A stretch of 63,992 nucleotides of DNA, the filler included, from Fonticula-like sp. SCN 57-25 (lineage: Eukaryota): assembly GCA_001724245.1 (NCBI GenBank). It is 8 parts of 8 records of this genome, joined end to end, with 100 filler letters (N's around TTAATTAATTAA, not from the genome) between each part and the next. Parts side by side here need not be neighbours in the genome. Positions count along the whole stretch, not along the records: positions 56,744 to 63,992 come from MEDX01000379.1; 7 more parts are not named here. One strand, 5' to 3'. A program made the position numbers and the translations under genes. Below the pieces are notes generated by a model. The model saw nothing but the letters and a program-made list of their open reading frames with translations. It was not told the origin of the DNA and did no database searches. Shown here piece after piece: positions 60,700 through 63,992 of this stretch. How positions within the stretch are numbered: the first letter of the stretch is position 1; the number at the start of each line of letters is the position of its first letter.

Positions 60700-62314
60700 A
60701 TGAGGCTGGAGGATCTGCCAGACGAGGTGCTCGTGCGCGTGCTGTCCTTCCTGGGCGGCCGCGACGTGCTGAACGCGTCCCTTGTCTGCCGAAAGTGGAA
60801 GACGTTCACGTCGGAAGCGAGCCTATGGCGCCGACTCTATGCGGAGGAAGGCCCGAACATGGCTGCCTGGGGCGCCGACCCCGCCGGCGGGGATCCGCGC
60901 CGTGCATGGCTTCAGTACGTGCACAACTATAAGCACCTTTAGCTAATGCTGCTCTTTAGTCGCGACGCTGTGCGGCGCCTGAGCCACGACTCGCATGTCC
61001 GCCTCTGCATGCACCAGGACACGCCATCGCTCCACATCAAGACGGCCTCTGGCGATGACCGGTTCATGCAGCTCTCTGACAAGTCGCACTTTCCCAACGT
61101 CCACCTGGACGTGAGCCCCTGTGGCCTCTACGTTGTCTATGCGCTCTATACAAACCTTGAGGATCCGCCGGTTCGCGGGTTCGGATGCAGCCGCCTCGAT
61201 GGCACGGGGTGCATCACTGTGCAGACGCGCGCCGTCCCCTTTTACTTTTCGTGGTCGCCCGACTCGCGCTACGTCGCGTGGCTCGGCAGCCATCAGGACA
61301 ACATTACTTTTGAGGTGCGTGTCAGCGTTGCTTTTTGTCTTTTGCTCATCCTGTTGCCGATCCGCTGCCCAGGTGGTCGACCTGCATGCTGCGACGCCCG
61401 TGTCGCAAGTCCTGGTAGACAATGGCGCGCCCGTCTTTTTCGACTGGCACCCGAGCGGCCGCCGCATCGTCATGGTATTTGGCGACCGCCTTTTGTTTGA
61501 CATTACCGTCAGCGGATCAGCGCCGCCCGTCGTCGACCTCGTCTCGCGCAGCACCGGCCGCTTCAATGGCGCGCCGCGGTGGATGACCTCTGCGCGGGAC
61601 AACAACCACGCCTTGATGTGCTCACTCGACGGCCAGGACCTGTGCGTGACGGTCGTCGACATGGACGCGCGCGCGGCGCTCAAGCGCATCGTCGTGTCGA
61701 GCGATTCAATGAACCGATTCGTCCCTCTCGTTGCGTCCATCTCGCCAAGATTGTGCGACTTTTTTTGTGTGTGTTTGTGTTGCTCAAACGCCATGCTTTA
61801 GTGATACGATTATTGTCACGGAGAGGCCGAGCGGGTCGACGCTCTACAAGTTTAATCCCGACGTGAGCGACGAAAACGACCGCGGCGTCAAGCTGATGAC
61901 TTTTCCCGACTCTACCGGCGCATTTTGGAACCCCGCGGGGACGACTGCAGGTACGTTTTTCATACGTTTTTCTCGATTAATTAACATGCTTTTTTTACAG
62001 CGTTTCTGCTTCATGGAAGTGAAAATATTGCGTTTGCCACGCTCACGGACGCGTCGCTGCGTGTTGACCGCTGCAACCCCGAGATCGCCAAGCCGCTGTT
62101 TATCCTCTACTACCGCCAGCACGTGCAGTTTCACTATCAGTACGACCTTTCCACGCGGCTGTGGAGCGCCGACGGGACGCGCTTCTGCTTTCCGGCAAAG
62201 TTTGCCGACGGCGAACAGTGCATCGCCGACTTTAGCCCCGACGGCCGCGTGACGCGCATCTCGGACATTGAAGTCAGTGGCATCAAAAGCATCACACAAT
62301 TTTCCCCAATCTAG
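60700..62314 (+). CDS. F-box protein with TolB/WD40-like beta-propeller
   Basis: LEDLPDEVLVRVLSFL...SLVCRKW...LWRRL F-box; FSWSPDSRYVAW, FDWHPSG, LWSADGTRF blades. Confidence 0.82.
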
Positions 62315-62468
62315 TTTCATTGCATATTTGTGTAGTTACATTGCATATTAGTGTAGTATTATTGTATGAGATTTTAAGAGTCTTTAGAATGAACGAGTTA
62401 TAGCATGCTTGCATTGACCGATACAATAAATTGGTATAGACTATTCTGCATCAAAAAAGCATGTTCAT

Positions 62469-63992
62469 CTACGCTACAGTGGGCTTGGGCTTGATCGGCG
62501 GCGGCTTTGGCTTGGCTGCCGTCACTGCCGGCCCGACCGCCGACCCCAAATTAGCCGCTGCCTGAGCCACCGCAGGCGCCAGTGTCCCCTCCTTTGGCGT
62601 CGTCGCCTCCTCACCGAGCTCGTCGTTGCCCGCATGGTAGCTCGACTTTCGCATATCCGAGAGCTCTTTCCGTGCGTTTGTGAGCTCCTTTTCGAGCGTC
62701 AAAATCTTGACCTGCTGCTCCATGTCCCTGCGCTTGCGCTGCCCCACCGTAAGCTCTGCAATCTGGCGCCTGCTCTCGCCCTCGAGCTTCTTGGCCGCGG
62801 CCTCTTTGGCGGCCTTGACGAGCAGCTTTGTCGCCTCGCTGACTGTCTTGGCGGCCGTCTCGAGGTTGGCCTGCGTGCGGCTGTTCTTGTCGGCCTTGAC
62901 GCGCGACGCAGCGACGAGCTGCGCGGTGGCGGCGCTGACTTCGTGCGCGGCAACAACGAGCTGCTCCATCGTGTGCGTCCCCTTGACGACGCCGTCGGCG
63001 TTCTCGACGAGCGTCGTCGTGCACATGGCAACGGCCTTGGCGGCCGACACGAGGCCTTCCGTCCACCTGTGATTCTTCTTGTAAAACTGCTGCGCCGACG
63101 CCGACCCGCGACCCTTGGCAACAATCTCCTGCTGCGCGAGCGTCGCCGCGCGAATAAGGTTGCCAATGGCGCCAGTGATGCCCATGACGCTCTCGAGAAT
63201 CGCCGTGTTCACCTTGTACTCGGCCGACGTGTCCGCCGATGGCGCGTTCAGCAGCGCACTCAGACGCGCAGCAGCAGCCTCAATTGCCTGCGCGGCGCTC
63301 AGCATTTCCTGCTCGACGCGGTCAGACACGTCGGGCAGCTCGTTCGTCTGCGCGACAGATTCAAGCCCGCGCGTCAGTTCCTCGACCGCTGATTGGGCAG
63401 CGGCGCGGCTCGCGGCAAGATTCGTAGTGTCGCGGTGCAGCATGTCCTGCATTGACCGCGCGACCGACCGCGCAGCATTCGAGATTGGCTCTGCAACGGC
63501 GTCGTCCAGCGACCGCGTCAGTCCCTTGACATTCTGAAGCAGCTGATCGGCGGCCGAGGCGGCGTCGCCGGCAACGCCCATCACGGCCGTCGGCGTTCCC
63601 TTGCCATCCTTGAGATTCATCAAGGTATTCGACAAGTCCCTTTAAAGTGCATCAGTATACGTGATAAAAGTTTAAATAGGCGTACGTTACAGATGACGTG
63701 ATCTTGTCGAGGTGTGCGAGAGTATAGTCGGCCGTCGCGTTCTGGTTGCCAGCGTGCAGTGGCGAGTCAAACTGAAACACTGACTCTTCGATCTTTGTCC
63801 GCGACGCATCCAGCATATCATCTATGGTTCCATTGAGTGTGTCAGCAAGAACAAAAAAGGCGTCAGATTCGTACCGAGAAGGCCGTTCATTTCGTTGGAC
63901 TGCTTGTCGCGCAGTGCGTCAAGCTCGGCCTGTAGGGCGCGAGCACGTGCGTCTGCCTCGTTCTGAATCACACTCGACTCGCGCAGCGCATG
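62469..63992 (-). CDS. SLA2: Sla2/End4/HIP1-family endocytic adaptor, C-terminal I/LWEQ domain
   Basis: FYKKNHRWTEGLVSAAKAVA, EQLVVAAHEVSAATAQLVAASRVKA, MEQQVKILTLEKEL; 5' end outside the window. Confidence 0.93.

Overview
Eight concatenated contigs of a gene-dense, GC-rich eukaryotic nuclear genome, joined by artificial 100-bp N44-TTAATTAATTAA-N44 spacers. Genes use the standard code and carry short GT-AG introns (mostly about 40-80 nt, donors GTGCG/GTACG). About 38 protein genes or gene fragments and one tRNA-Leu(AAG) can be read. Several housekeeping genes look opisthokont- or fungal-like (Sla2/HIP1, Gvp36-type BAR, Pan6, eIF5, Reb1-like Myb). The window also has an intron-containing proteobacterial-type MinD and a bacterial-type release factor 2, both with mitochondrial-type presequences; these are generally reported absent from animals and fungi. 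Other highlights are a tandem trio of unrecognised single-pass six-cysteine membrane proteins sharing a C-terminal PMLTLW[QE]YKKSEPA motif, a spliced eIF5 leader with a poor-context uORF, a RING-RanBP2-BRCT BRCA1/BARD1-like gene with an E2F site, a PIGBOS1-like microprotein, and several bacterial-looking enzymes. All family calls come from motif recognition by eye, with no database searches. The contigs may not all come from one organism.
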